This document shows, piece by piece, positions 1-13,043 of a DNA stretch of 64,000 nt. The first letter of the stretch is position 1, and each line of letters starts with the position of its first letter. Source of the DNA: Lytechinus pictus (Eukaryota); the NCBI RefSeq assembly GCF_037042905.1, contig NC_087245.1, forward strand, positions 21,144,001-21,208,000, written 5' to 3'. Made by a program: the position numbers and the translations under genes. The notes beneath the pieces are model-generated. The model was not told the DNA's origin, did no database searches, and worked only from the letters and a program-made list of their open reading frames with translations.

Positions 1-327
1 GTGATGCTTTGGTGGAACCGTATTAGGTCTAAGCACGTAATGCTCCTTATGCCTTAATACATAACATTAGTTGATTAATCCATTGCAAGCAGCCTTTCCT
101 TTATAGCTAGATATGTAAGACAAGAAGACATAGCCACAGAGCTGGGACAAAGCCATGTATAATCAATTAAATTGGTTAAAACAAGAGTTTAACTCAATTC
201 CTACATTGATTGGTGTCCAAGTAGATGTGATATTTTTACATTTAAGGTTTCCGCTTACCTCGACTTGTTCCGATCGGTCTGGTTGCTACACGTCCGAGCT
301 TTGCAGGTGAGCTGAGCTGACGATCCG

Positions 328-477
328 GGGTCCGTTTCTTAAAGACTTACAACTATCTTAACATTGCCATTATTGTAACTTCCATGGAAATCTTTATTAT
401 ATCTGGCTGTTGAGTCTTGTCGTCACGGTAGTTGCCATAATGGCGATGTTACTTGTAACTCTTTATGAAAAAGGCCC
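328..477. mobile_element. PIF/Harbinger-like MITE
   Basis: Imperfect TIRs gggtccgtttcttaaagacttacaa / ttgtaactctttatgaaaaaggccc; 3-bp flanks ccg/ctg. Confidence 0.7.
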
Positions 478-1717
478 CTGATCTGATGTCTGGAGCTGCC
501 GCAGTCTAGTCATCGGGGCCATGTGTCGGTGTGATTGGTCCTGGTAGCAGGGGCTCCACAGCGGTTCATAAGAGTGGGCATCATCAGGCTGAATTGAACA
601 AAATTAATAAATGAATTAATTACAAAATGGCTCAAATGGACTGTTAAATTATTGCATTTCCATTCTGCTTAGAGTTTAGATGAGATAAAGTATTAATTTG
701 TATCAATGATATAATTTTACTAGACTGCCTCTGAGCTTAATATGAATTAATGGTGGCCTGACAATTTCTTTGCCAATCAGGACATAATTTTTAGAGAATG
801 GATAGCATGTTATATGCTATTGTAGCATAAACAATAATTAAACAATGCCGCCTGAATGCTCATATAACCGGCGATACAGACTACTAATATGTACTATTAT
901 ATCCCTTACTGAAAATTTGTTGCTATTTGATTGGTCGAGAGCCCTTCACGTGACTAATCACAATTTCACCAGAAAAATGAATTTCATAGGAGATCAAAAA
1001 AGTTTGTGATGTCAGAGTAGAATAGTTTTTTTTACTATTTTGTGTCCGACTGAAAACCGCGCAATCACTCGGGCACAGCGCACGATGGACTGCCTCCACA
1101 GGGCAAGTCTAGTAATGCAACGCCGCAGACGCTTTATCAGGGGACCGCTGAGCGCAGACTCAGAATCACAAACTCTCCAATAAATAAACTGTCAATGTGA
1201 AATCGCGTCTTGCTTGTTTACAATGAATTTGTATCATCATTTGATCAACCAAAGATTCGGGCTGCTTGATTTTAGTTCAGCAGGGTTTGTTCACAACCTT
1301 CACAACAGGTAAGTATGTTAGAAGATCGATCTCACTAGCACAGCCGCTGCGCAACATCAAACCACCCTGAGTGGTGCTTGGGAGCCGACGGTAGCCGCGC
1401 GCAGTTTATTCAGGAACCGGCTAGCATAGAGTGAGAAGCCAATTTTGCTTAAATTAGAGCTAAGCTGATCTAGATTTTGTCCAGATCATGGAGATGGGCC
1501 AATTAGGACTAGATTACCAATATTTTTGTTCAAACTTTAATTATGGAAGGGATATAAAACAAATATACCGGGTGTTTCTTTCAAAAGAGTAGTATTTCAT
1601 CCTCCGTTGGTCCGGCAATGTTACTCCCTCGGGGCTGGCACCCTTCGGGAAAAATATTAATTGCCGAACCAACCTCGGACAAAAATATTTCCACTCTACT
1701 TTCTCAAACCCGGTATA

Positions 1718-2075
1718 TTGTCTCACCTGCGAAGCAGAGTGAGACTATGGGCGCCGCTTTTCCGACGGCGGTTGCGTCAACACCAAATCTTAACCGAAGG
1801 TCAAGTTTTTTAAATGACAGCATAACTTAAAAAGTATATGGACCTAGTTCATGAAACTTGGCCATAAGGTCAATCAAGTATTACTGAACATCCTGCCTTA
1901 GTTTCAGGTCACATGACCAAGGTCAAAGGTCATTTAGGGTCAATGAACTTTGACCATATTGTTGGAATCAACATCAAAATCTTAACCTAAGGTTAATAAG
2001 TGTTTGAAATGTAATCATAACTTAGAAATTATATGGACCTAGTTCATGAAACTTGGACATAAGGTTAATCCAAAG
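1718..2075 (+). mobile_element. 5' part of a non-autonomous element with internal tandem core repeats (Helentron-associated/Tsp-like)
   Basis: Short terminal hairpin tctcac...gtgaga, then about 190-bp core units (ggacctagttcatgaaacttgg...ggtcaaaggtcatttagggtcaa) shared with 6969-8177. Confidence 0.6.
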
Positions 2076-4171
2076 GATCTAAATGGTTTGGTAAGTGTCA
2101 TAACAGCATGTGAAATCTAAACTTGTGTGTTATTATATTTTATTTGGGCAAAAGCCCATTATATATTTGCATGTGTCATGTGTGTCGCGTGCATATTATA
2201 GATACTCCTTCGCTCGCGCAAAATGAAATGAACCCATGACATGAGTAGGTGGAGCGTAGTGTAGTGGTAGTGAAGTGGAGCCTGCACGAACTTTGCTCGA
2301 GGGGCCCGCATGCGCACCGCACCCAAGGGTTCATTACATGCCGCCGCGCGCAGAAAAATCAAGCCATAGAAGTCGTGTGTTGTGGAAACCAGAAGTGAGA
2401 TCCCAGCACTCGCGACCCACTAGTTAGAAATCCACTGCCAAACGTGGTTCATGGACATGGTGCGAGGTTAGTATACTACTAACCAACGAACGTAGAGGGC
2501 AGCAACACACGGCAGTGTTGCTATTAGGAACGTCCACTCGATACGCGCATACAATTGAAGTGCGAGAACAAGTTGGTAGTCATGCCAACGAAACCATGAA
2601 CCGTTACAATACACTCACGGAGTGATAGCAAAATAGAGGTAAACTAATGAATTATGACAATAGTAGATTCAAATAATAATAAAAAAATATAAAAACAATA
2701 CAATTATATTGTACCACATTTTAAAAATAAAACTATTACTAAATTATTGTCTTAATTTTTTGTAAATCTTCAGTAAAACAGGATTGAATTCTGTCATAAA
2801 CAAACCAGTCTGCTAATTTCACCTGAATTTAGCAAGCTCATTTTGTGACCATCGAAATCCTCTCAGAGCACTTTTTTTTTCTCACTATTTTTGCTTGAAA
2901 AGTTTTTACATCAAATATCATGCTTAAAAATATGAAATATGTGTTGCTGTATTTTTCCTAAAATATTACAGGGTGGTGACAACGGTTTTATGACTTTGCA
3001 TATCAATAACAAGTATACATGAGGTTGATACGTCTTCATCTATAATTTCGCTGCACCACCATAATGTGCCTGTACAATCCAGCACCGCCTAGAGCGCCAT
3101 AGCATGACATGACCTAGACAGCTGGCAGCCGTCTGTTTCGAGTTTTTTCAACATTTTTTTACTTTTTTAATTTCTCCTCGTACACAGACGGCTCGCAATC
3201 GTGCAGCCACCATTAGGGGGTGAACAATGCAAAATCCCCCCGACGGGGCACATCGATTTTTGTCTTTATTTCTTAAAAAATATTGAAAAAGAATTGAACC
3301 AAAATAGAGATTATTATTCCGTTTTGGCCTGAAATGCACCAAAACGGGGAAAAATAAACTTAAAAGGGGAAAAACAGTGACTTACTTTGGCTGTCGCACA
3401 ACTTCACATCCCCGCTTTATCCGAGCTTAAGTACATAAACATATGGCCATTGAGTCCCCTGTACAGATCGCGCTAGAACTTCGGTCTCTGTATTTGGTGA
3501 GTTGAGCCAACGTAGTTCAGCGGAACAACCAACATAACAGAGACCGAAGCTTTTGGTCTAGACATGACCGTAAAATTATGGAATGAAAATAGTAGATGTA
3601 TGACTATGACATAGACCTTCACCCCTGGCCTTGATAGTTCTCAAGTCAAGACCCGTCGGAGGCATAGCCATAGCTCGATACTGAACCAGATAGTTTGTCT
3701 AATTTTTAGCATGCGGAAGCGATATGCGCGAGGTACCGGGTCCGGTCCAAGCTCGGCCCCTCGCGCATGCGATGTTTTGAAATCGGCCGCGAATTATTTA
3801 TACGTGAAAGGAACTTTATGTTACTGTTATAATTATATTATTAGCTCTAAATCACCAATTTTGAGACTGAAAGAAGCATGGAAAAGAAGTGAAACTTTGT
3901 GTAAAGTAAGAATATTAGTTTTAATTGTTTTTAAAGATCGTGATGTTGCATGAATTTTATATTTTCCCCCCATAAAATCCCACCTTTGTCGCTCGGAAAA
4001 GTTCACGGTCTCGAAGTTCGGGTAGGTGTAACCCAGGGAACTCCTGCCCGCGCAGGAGCCCACATTCATAACAAAAATGGCCGATCGAGACGGGGGTAGA
4101 AGGAGAGAACTTTTCGTTTTTTGGAAGTTCCAGTCTGTGCCTCGATGTCAGGAAACTGCCACTCGTTAGAC

Positions 4172-5069
4172 TAGTCTTGAGGACTCCCATGATGATGTTT
4201 TATCAATCTGACATATACTTTTTATCATGGGAGTCTTGAACAGGGTTTCATATACACGTAAGCGAAGGAAGTACACAAAGATGGATTTCCCCAGGAAATC
4301 CATCTTTGTGCACTAGAATCGCACGAAATAGGTTTATTTTATTAATTTCTACACCTTCCCACGCGTAATGCGTAGGAAGGTTTTACAAATGGTCACTTAA
4401 AAAGTATTAAAAATGTCGCGAAGACCCCCTCGTTCCACATGTAAACAACGCAAATACAATGGCTACGACCCTTGAACTGCTTATGTATTACGTACTTCCG
4501 ATGCGCGATGCCGTTTTGAAAAACAATTCATAGATAAAAAAAATATTTTATGAATATTAAAACTTATTACGTGATTATAAATAATTATTATCTTACTACT
4601 AATTATTTATAATCACGTAGGCCTAATAAGTTTTAATATTCATAAAATATTTTTTTTTCTATGAATTGTTTTTCAAAACGGCATCGTGCATCGAAAGTAC
4701 GTAATACCTACGTAATACATAAGCAGTTCAAGGGTCGTAGCCATTGTATTTGCGTTGTTTACATGTGGAACGAGGGGGTCTTCGCGACATCAGTCTGGTA
4801 AGAAACCCTATTTTTTATACTTTTTAAGTGACCATTTGTAAAACCTTCCTACGCATTACGCGTGGGAAGGTGTAGAAATTAATAAAATAAACCTATTTCG
4901 TGCGATTCTAGTGCACAAAGATGGATTTCCTGGGGAAATCCATCTTTGTGTACTTCCTTCGCTTACGTGTATATGAAAGTAAACCCTGTTCAAGACTCCC
5001 ATGATAAGAAGTATAGGCCTAGGCCTATGTCAGATTGATAAAACATCATCATGGGAGTCCTCAAGACTA
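4172..5069. mobile_element. 898-bp foldback (almost fully palindromic) DNA transposon, hAT-like
   Basis: Two arms of roughly 420-470 bp around a 12-nt loop near 4594; ends tagtcttgagg...cctcaagacta; perfect 8-bp TSD cgttagac (4164-4171, 5070-5077). Confidence 0.9.
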
Positions 5070-5593
5070 CGTTAGACCTTCATCCATATAATCGTGGTAA
5101 GTGCATACTTTCTGTTTTCACAATTCATTTGGAGAAATATTTAGACCATAAATCACCCTAGTCCCGTGAGTATGGTCAAATACACGGTAAGCCCCTTGGC
5201 TCCCGCCCGCTGCGCGGCCGGGAGCTCCCTGGGTTAGGGTAGGCGGAGCGATTCGCGTAGTGTAGCGGTAGTGAAGTGGAGTGGAGCCTGCACCAACTTC
5301 GCTCGAGGTAAGGCAGGGCGTGATAGAAACAAACACCAGTAGGCCTAGTAATAATGCCACAATCTATTCTTTGTAATAAGTAAGGGCTTACTTCAAAATT
5401 ACCCTTGGATTAAGAAGGAAAACAACTTTCGATACATCTTACAGTATCATCACCTTGAATCTGCCGCCGCTCTTTCATTCGTTCCTCAACACGTCAAAGT
5501 ATACAGCGCGCGGAGTTCGCCATTAAATGCCTTTTCACATTTTCAACGTTGGTGTCGTGATACTTTTCAAAAAAGAAAATGTGTGTCGTACAC

Positions 5594-6520
5594 ATTGATT
5601 GATTTTATTTGGCAAGTCACCATAACATATATATATTAGCATTAAAACAACAGGATGACCCACGAAAGCTCGAAAGCTTATTTCCAGTGGGGTCCTCGAC
5701 ATACAGAATTAAGATAATAAAATGGTAAAATTTACATATTTAAAAAATGAAGAAAAAAAAAATCAGAATTTACTATTACCAATAAATAAGATATATAGAT
5801 AACATATACAAGAATATAACGAAGAAGAAGAAAAGAAGGAGAAGGAGGAGGAATAGAAGAAGAAAGGGGAGGAGGAGAAGGAGACGAAAGAAAAGGATGA
5901 AGAAAAATAATAAGGAGAAGAACAACAGCAAAAACGGCGACAACAATAACAACACGAAGAGGAGAATAGAAGGAAGAGATAAAAGAAATAGAAAGAATAT
6001 AAGAAAGGACATATCGATGCTTCAATCAAACTATATAAAATAAATAATAATACCTGGTAGAGAAGAGAAAAGAACGTGGTCAGTATTCAGGCTAAATCAA
6101 CCGTATAACATATCATTTGCATCTTCTCTTTGACTCTCAAGTGAAAGATATTCTTTCAATTTCCTCTTAAAATGCAAAAAGTTTCCTATTTCCTTTATAT
6201 CATTGGGAAGGGAATTCCAATGTTTTATAGCATTGTAATAAAAGGAGTTACCAATACTACCTATCCTTTTTGGTAAGCAAAAGTTGAAATGGCTGTTTCT
6301 TGTATTATAGTTATGTAATTCGGTAACTAGATTAAAGTTTGATCCAATGTAATGATTCGATCTATTGTGATAGATTTTATTCAGGCTAAATATTCGTGGT
6401 GCAAAATAAGCTGTTTTGATCTTTTGTTGACTTCAAGAAAACCTGGCTCCAGAGAGTTCGGTGTAGCCAACATGGGTTCTGGGACCAGAACAGTTAATGA
6501 ATCTAACCATTTTATTCTGT
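5594..6520 (-). mobile_element. 5'-truncated LINE (CR1/L2-group) 3' fragment with ORF2 C-terminus and 3' UTR
   Basis: Minus translation QNKMVRFI...HNYNTRN...SFYYNAIKHWNSLPNDIK...FKRKLKEYL, stop at 6097-6099, frameshifted upstream; CTT-rich UTR, terminal hairpin and aataaaatcaatcaat tail. Confidence 0.8.
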
Positions 6521-6968
6521 ATAATTTTCTTTTATGTATTGTTATTTGTTACTGGAATTTCCAGGAATTTAAAGTGGATATGGTGTGATCAAACTATGAA
6601 AATTGATAACCCATAATGGTCATATCATGACTTTAGTCAAGAATATCGTGCACAAATAAAGGCATATCAGCCAAATTCCATATCATTGTCTAATACGTAA
6701 TAGATCGATCGAAGGGGGTAACAAATTTCAACATTTTATTCTCTTTATTCTATATAAGTTCTCAATTTGTTAATTACGTTCTTTCTATAATATGCTATTT
6801 TGTTGTTTATTTGTGTTGTGTTTGACAACTCTCCATATTTTTTTGTTATAAGGTGTAAGCTTGATGAATAGTAAGTGGATGTTGGGGCTATTGAAATCAC
6901 TTACGTCAATTAAGTGACGTATTCAGGGGGGGGGGCGGTGTGAGAGCAATATATTGAGCTGAAAATTA

Positions 6969-8177
6969 AACAAGTGGAATGCCTCTGGCGGTCTCACCCG
7001 CATCACGCGATTCAATATAGCAGCAGTGCTGACTTTGAAAACTTTTATAAAATAATTATTCACAATAAACACTATTCATATAATGATACAATACTACGTT
7101 CATTGATATTTGATCTTGATCATGACCTAGAACTTGTCAGTGATACTTATTGATTACCCCTATATCCACATCTTATACACATTGGCCCGAATTCACAAAG
7201 GTCGACTAAATTTAACCCCGGTATAACTTTAGTCGACCTTTGTGAATTCGGGCCATTATCTATAGACTTTGAAAGTTATGACAGCTATCTAATAATTACC
7301 TCGAATGGCCAAAGTTCAATAACCTTAAATGACTTTTGTCATGTGACCTGAAACTCGCATGAGATGTTCAGTGATACTTGACTATTCTGTCCAAGTTTCA
7401 TGAATCAGCTCCATAAACTTTCGAAGTTATGATGGTAATTCAACAGATACCCCCATTATGGCCATTGACCTTTGACATTGGTCATTGGGTAATAGTGTAT
7501 CGCTGAAGATCCTGCCTGAGTTTCAGGTCACATGATTAAAGGTCAAAGGTCACTTAGGGTCAACGAACTTTGGCCATGTTGGGGGTAATTTGAGGAATTG
7601 TCATCATAACTTTAAAATTGTATGGATCTAGTTCATAAAACTTGGACATAAGAGCAATCAAGTATCCTTGAACATCCTGTGCTAGTTTCAGGTCACATGA
7701 CCAAGGTCAAAGGTCATTTAGGGTCAACAAACTTTGGTTATGTTGGGGGTATTTGTGGAATTGTCATCATACATGTAACTCTAAAAGTCTATGGATCTAG
7801 TTCATGAAACTTGGACATATAAGAGCAGCATTGTATCCCTGAATACCCTGTGTATTTGTCAGGAACATGGCAAATATCAAAGGTCATTTAAAGGTCAATG
7901 AACTCTGGCCGTGTTTGGAGTATGTGTTGAATTTGCATCACAACTTAAGAAGTTTATGGATCTAGCTCATGAAACATCGACATAATTAAGGGTAATCAAG
8001 TATGAATGGTTGTTTTGCACATGATCTTGGTCAAAGATCATTTTGGGGTCAATGGATATATTTTATTATCATATTAGTGTTTTCTTCTGTGAATTCATTG
8101 GCTGTTTTCAAAGGAAGCACTACTGCTATATCGAATTGCGTAATGCAGGCGAGACTGCCAGAGGCGTTCCACTTGTT
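6969..8177. mobile_element. Two oppositely oriented copies of the core-repeat (Helentron-associated/Tsp-like) element
   Basis: aacaagtggaatgcctctggcggtctcacccgc at 6969 is the imperfect reverse complement of gcaggcgagactgccagaggcgttccacttgtt ending at 8177; core units switch orientation near 7490. Confidence 0.7.
7184..7254. mobile_element. 71-bp mini-MITE (PIF/Harbinger-like)
   Basis: Perfect 27-bp TIRs ggcccgaattcacaaaggtcgactaaa, 17-nt spacer, 3-bp TSD att. Confidence 0.85.
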
Positions 8178-8589
8178 CATTTTTTCAGGCCAAAAATAGC
8201 AAGGGGCATTGGCAAGCTACTGAATTTGTTTAGAATAACTGAAAATAATTTAAGAAAAGTTGAGTTAAATTCTGTCAGAATGGATGACCCTACGAGTGAC
8301 GACTTTCACGAACTTGACTCGTCCAATTTGGTCGCATTTCAGAAAATCCTACTTGTATTAGCTCAGAAATTTCTTAAAGATATGAAGTTGCAAACTATAA
8401 ATATTCCTATGTGTGACTAAATTAATGATAAACCACTTTCATCCATTTGAATGGCATTTGCTCATAATAGAAAATTATTATATAACAATGATGGGGATGG
8501 GCAAAATTTTAAGATGTTTGCTCATGAATATTATCAAGATATTTCAAAATTCGATCATCTTTTTCTCACAGTCAATGTGTGCACATTAA

Positions 8590-8739
8590 TACCTCGGTCA
8601 CATATGCTCTACGGCGGCCGTACGGCGAGTCGAAAACAGCCGTTTTATTTATTTTAATTCAAACCACCATGTAGCTGGTGTTAAAACGGCTGTTTTCGCC
8701 TCGCCGTACGGCCGCCGTAGAGCAAATGTGACCCAGGTA
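8590..8739. mobile_element. Palindromic MITE
   Basis: Near-perfect arms of about 58 bp (tacctcggtcacatatgctctacggcggccgtacggcgag...). Confidence 0.75.
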
Positions 8740-9163
8740 TCAGTGTCATATAACTCATGATAAATCTCATTTATTCATTTGAAAAGCATTATGGCATACT
8801 TAAAAAAATACGAAAAAATAGTGTCGGATCTAGACAGGGAGCAATGTCCCCTCTAGGCCTACATAAGATTTGTTAATTAAACATATTAATGTTCTTTTTC
8901 TACACAGGGTTTCTGTGTTTTAAAGCAGCTATTTTCCGAATTGACAACATGCAGAACCATAGGCCTTTTCTGCTTAATTTTTATACAGTGCCTCTTTATT
9001 TGTCATGCATACTAGTGCAATTTGTGTTCAATTTATTATATGTATAGTCATGTCAATGTGTGCTTTATTTTAGTAACTACCAATCTAAAAGCTAGTGGAG
9101 GAAATGTTTCTTAGTATATCATGGATTGATAGATTGAAATTGGATTGAATAGCTAAATCTTAA

Positions 9164-9748
9164 AGGAGAATGAAACCCTTGAAACCAGCTGAATCCATAT
9201 CAAAGAGAAAAATCAAAGAAACATATTGTTGAAAATTTGAGGAAGATTGAATGAATAATAAGAAAGTTATGAGCATTTGAATATTGAGATCACTAATGCC
9301 ATGTAGATCCTCCTATTGGCAATGCGACCAAGATCTGTGATGTCACACACGTACAACTCCCTCATTACTTTAGTACTTATTTCACTTATATTCTCACTTT
9401 TATAGAGTCTATCACAAGGTGAGGTGTTCTCTTTATGAGAGGACAAGTATAGAGGTTTCACAACATTATATCATTGATGAATCATTTTGTCATATGATTA
9501 GAATGAGCAAAAAGAGATGTTTTGGGGTATATTTTCAGTGTCCAAAAGGGGAGAGTTGTTCATCTGTGACATCATAGATCTTGGTCGCATTGCCAATGCG
9601 AGGATCTCCATAGCATTAGTGATCTCGACATTCAAATGCTCATAACTCTTCTATTGCTAGTCCTATTTTACTCAAACTTTTGTTGATCTTATTCTTTGAT
9701 TTTTCTGCTTTCACAAAAGCTAACTTGCTCCAAGAGTTTCATTCTCCT
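9164..9748. mobile_element. Kolobok-like non-autonomous transposon, copy 1
   Basis: TTAA TSD; termini aggagaatgaaac...gtttcattctcct; long internal inverted repeats; near-identical to 36618-37201. Confidence 0.85.
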
Positions 9749-12700
9749 TTAACAATTTTCATGCCCCCTCTCTTTCCAAATTTGCTCCCCTTTTATTTAA
9801 AAATCCTGAATCTACCACTGATTTTTCTTTTTCAATTTTTGGCCAAGATTGTAAGGGTATGGGGATGGGGGCCGGGGGTGGTAATTCAAGAATTATGTTT
9901 ACTTTTACTAGTAAATATTTGACAAATAAAACATCAACTGGCTTGGTAATGTCATAATCACTTACTCCAACTTTTCTGAACTCAATAAAGACATAAATAC
10001 AAGCATCAGAGACTTTAAGATGATCTCACATGTCATTTAATACCAAATCAATCCTGCTTCGCAACAGCTGTAGTTATCGTACCAAAATGAATGGTGGTCA
10101 AATTGATGAAAATCCCAGTAAAATAGACTTTTCACTTAGAAGATCCAGGCAATATGACTTCACATTGAATGAATACTGTTGTAAAAGCAGCAGATAGGCA
10201 CAAAAGATTTTTAACCTTGAGGGATAGAACTAATAAAATATTTTAAGTTAAGTCTTACAAATAAAGAAACGTGATTGTTGCATAATTGTAAGAACTTATT
10301 GTCTCAATGTGAATGTCTGCTTCTCTAATAATCATTTTTTCTTTTATTTTGTAGAAAATGGACGAGTTATGAAAAAATGTGTTATCTGATAGAAATGAAG
10401 AAATAAAATAAATGTATTTGTAAATGCAAACTCCTGTCAAGTCACGAAATTACCCACAAAAACAATAATTTTAAAACATGAATTACTGTACTCTTATTAC
10501 TTAAAATGCTTTCATAGTGATTTTGATTTCTTCATTGACTAGACACATTTATGTACAAAGATCCCTTCATATTGAACCGCAAGTTATCTCATTTCCAGTA
10601 GAGCTATATATTGCATAATTTACATGCATAGAATAGGTTTAAATAGGTATTAATCATAATTAATTATATCGAAATGGGTCATGCAATAATTACCATAAAA
10701 ATCTCCACATTGACTTCTGCCCATTAAAAATACCATATAAAACACTGAAATTGATAAAATATTATAAAATGTATCTAATACATATACATATTCTATTGCT
10801 TTTTAAAATAATTTCAAACATCTTTCTAATGCCCCTACAAAGCATATTCGACACAATCATAACGAATCGCAGTATTAATCAGAACGGCCAACATTAAAAT
10901 TTTACACACCCCAACAGGTCTAGTTAGGAGTTTACTGTGTACAATATACCAACATTTGATTGTCTCACATGCGTATTTAAAAATAGTTAATTGAATGCTT
11001 GAGTGTTAGAGTGAACCCAATCTACCTACCCGTTTCATTGGAAACATTGAAAGCAGCCAACTACTACCTTTTTCCTGCAGCAACTAGCATTGGAAGACTT
11101 GTTTGATAAAAATGATAAAAAGAAAAAATCTCAGATGCTCTCATTGTAAAGACATTTCCTTTTGAATTATAGCTCTGTTATAGAAAACAATGGAATGTTT
11201 TTCTTATTCATTTCTTGGCTGATTTTTGTGAATGGAGCACAGGTATATTCAAAGTATGGTCCACTATATTTACTGTATAGAATGAAAGACAATAATGACA
11301 CTATGACTACATAAAGTATTCCGAAATCAATAGTGGAATTACGCAAACAATTGAAACAAATGACAAAAAACCCATCTATTTTTCCTCAAAAAGGAGAGTA
11401 TTGATCGGCAGTAATGATAATGTCTAACTTCCAATCACTGTAAAGACATTTTAGGACCGGTATTTAATTCAAGTTCAAGTTTAATTTGCTCAAAAAGGAT
11501 TTAATTCAAAACTAAAGCTGGAAAAACTTAGTAATTTACAAATATTTTTCTGAAATAAAAGCTTCTCTGCTCACAGTCATTCTGAGCTGTGTAGAATAAT
11601 CAAGTAAGAATTTTAGTAAGGCACGTTAATTGTGCATTATTTAGCAACAGCAATGTAAAATCACAATGCTGTTTAGTAAGAATTTTGCCTATACTTGGCT
11701 TAAAGTATAACAATAACTAATGAAGTGAATATGATTTAGGTAATATTTCTCAGCAAGTGATATGCTTAGTATAAGTTTTGCTTAATCCAAGTATTGAATT
11801 GAATACCAGCCCTGATCTCCAAAGAGACAACGCCTATGAAAAAATTCCTTTGAAAATCAGAAGGATTCATCCGAGAATTTAAAAGAGATTTAGTAATGTG
11901 TAATTTACAAACTGTGTACAAACTAAAATGTCTTTAACTCAAGTCAATATATACATTAAACTTAATGATAAAATTGATAAATCTTTAAAAATGCTGAAAA
12001 TCTTCACTATGTACATACAAGTTTAAAAAATGTTCAAGCTTTTTTATGTACCTGTAATTTAAAGTTGAAATCTACAAATTTGTAATTTTCTTAAACAATG
12101 ATGAAAATATATAGACATGCTCTAAAATCTTAAAACTTCTCAAATATGGATACATGCATATCAAATAATTTTCTAAGCACATCTAAAATTTTCTCAGGTT
12201 GCGAAAGAAATTTGCATGGTCTTCTTTGTAACATAAATTGCACTTCAGATGACAGAGAAATAAGATAAATTTTCCTTTAAAAAAGTTGATGTCATGATTA
12301 AAGTAATTTCATATTTCTCTCTTAAATAATTATCGAAGTTTTCAATACTCAGTACTTGGAATTTCTTTTTCATAATTTGAAATCTGTTTACAAGTTGAAT
12401 GATAACAAAATATTGTTAAAAAGTGAAAGACATAACCCTGATACATGGAATGGAATATTTGCTTTTAAAAATGGCTTAAAAATGACTTAATTCCACATTA
12501 CACATTTAAAAAAAATACATGTATATTAAACTGCATTATTATAAAATACACGATTTAAAAAAGGGCAGTTGGAATTTGTAAACCTTAGAATTTTTAAGTA
12601 TATATAGTAGCACTAGTTGCAAAGCAGACTGCTGAATGTCTGTACCCTTTGGCTGCATGACGTACAGTGTATGACATAGCAAGACATTGAAGCTTGTATG

Positions 12701-12954
12701 TGGTTACACATTGAGGCAACACATAATGATTTTATGACAGTAGTTGTTTAACAGTTTTAATTCACATGTGTCCACAGTTTAATATTAGACTTTAGCAGAC
12801 ATGATTTCAGAAAACATAATCCTTCATTATCATGCATAGTTAATTATAAGAGAAAGAGAGCGGTCTTGTAAATATCATAACAGGACGTTTTGGCTGAGGA
12901 AGGAAGTCCAGAGTAAGGTTGACTTCTTTACCAACATGGCCTTTCACCTTAGAT

Positions 12955-13043
12955 CTATGATGTATTAACCATGGTGTGTATGAAGAGACTGGCCGGCATA
13001 AGGTCATCACCCTTTGATCCCAATATAGGGACATGATGGTAGC
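12955..13043 (-). CDS. PLCD: PLC terminal coding exon ([29 protein letters not shown])
   Basis: GYxHVxL...A(S/T)LF motif; ttttacag acceptor; TAG stop at 12955-12957. Confidence 0.93.

Noticed and set aside
5732..6029. Hydrophobic ORFs in three minus frames
   Set aside because: GAA/CTT-rich 3' UTR of the LINE fragment
10343..10348. AATAAA on the minus strand as the PLC poly(A) signal
   Set aside because: Plausible (3' UTR of about 2.6 kb), but such hexamers are common in this AT-rich DNA and cannot be assigned without transcript data
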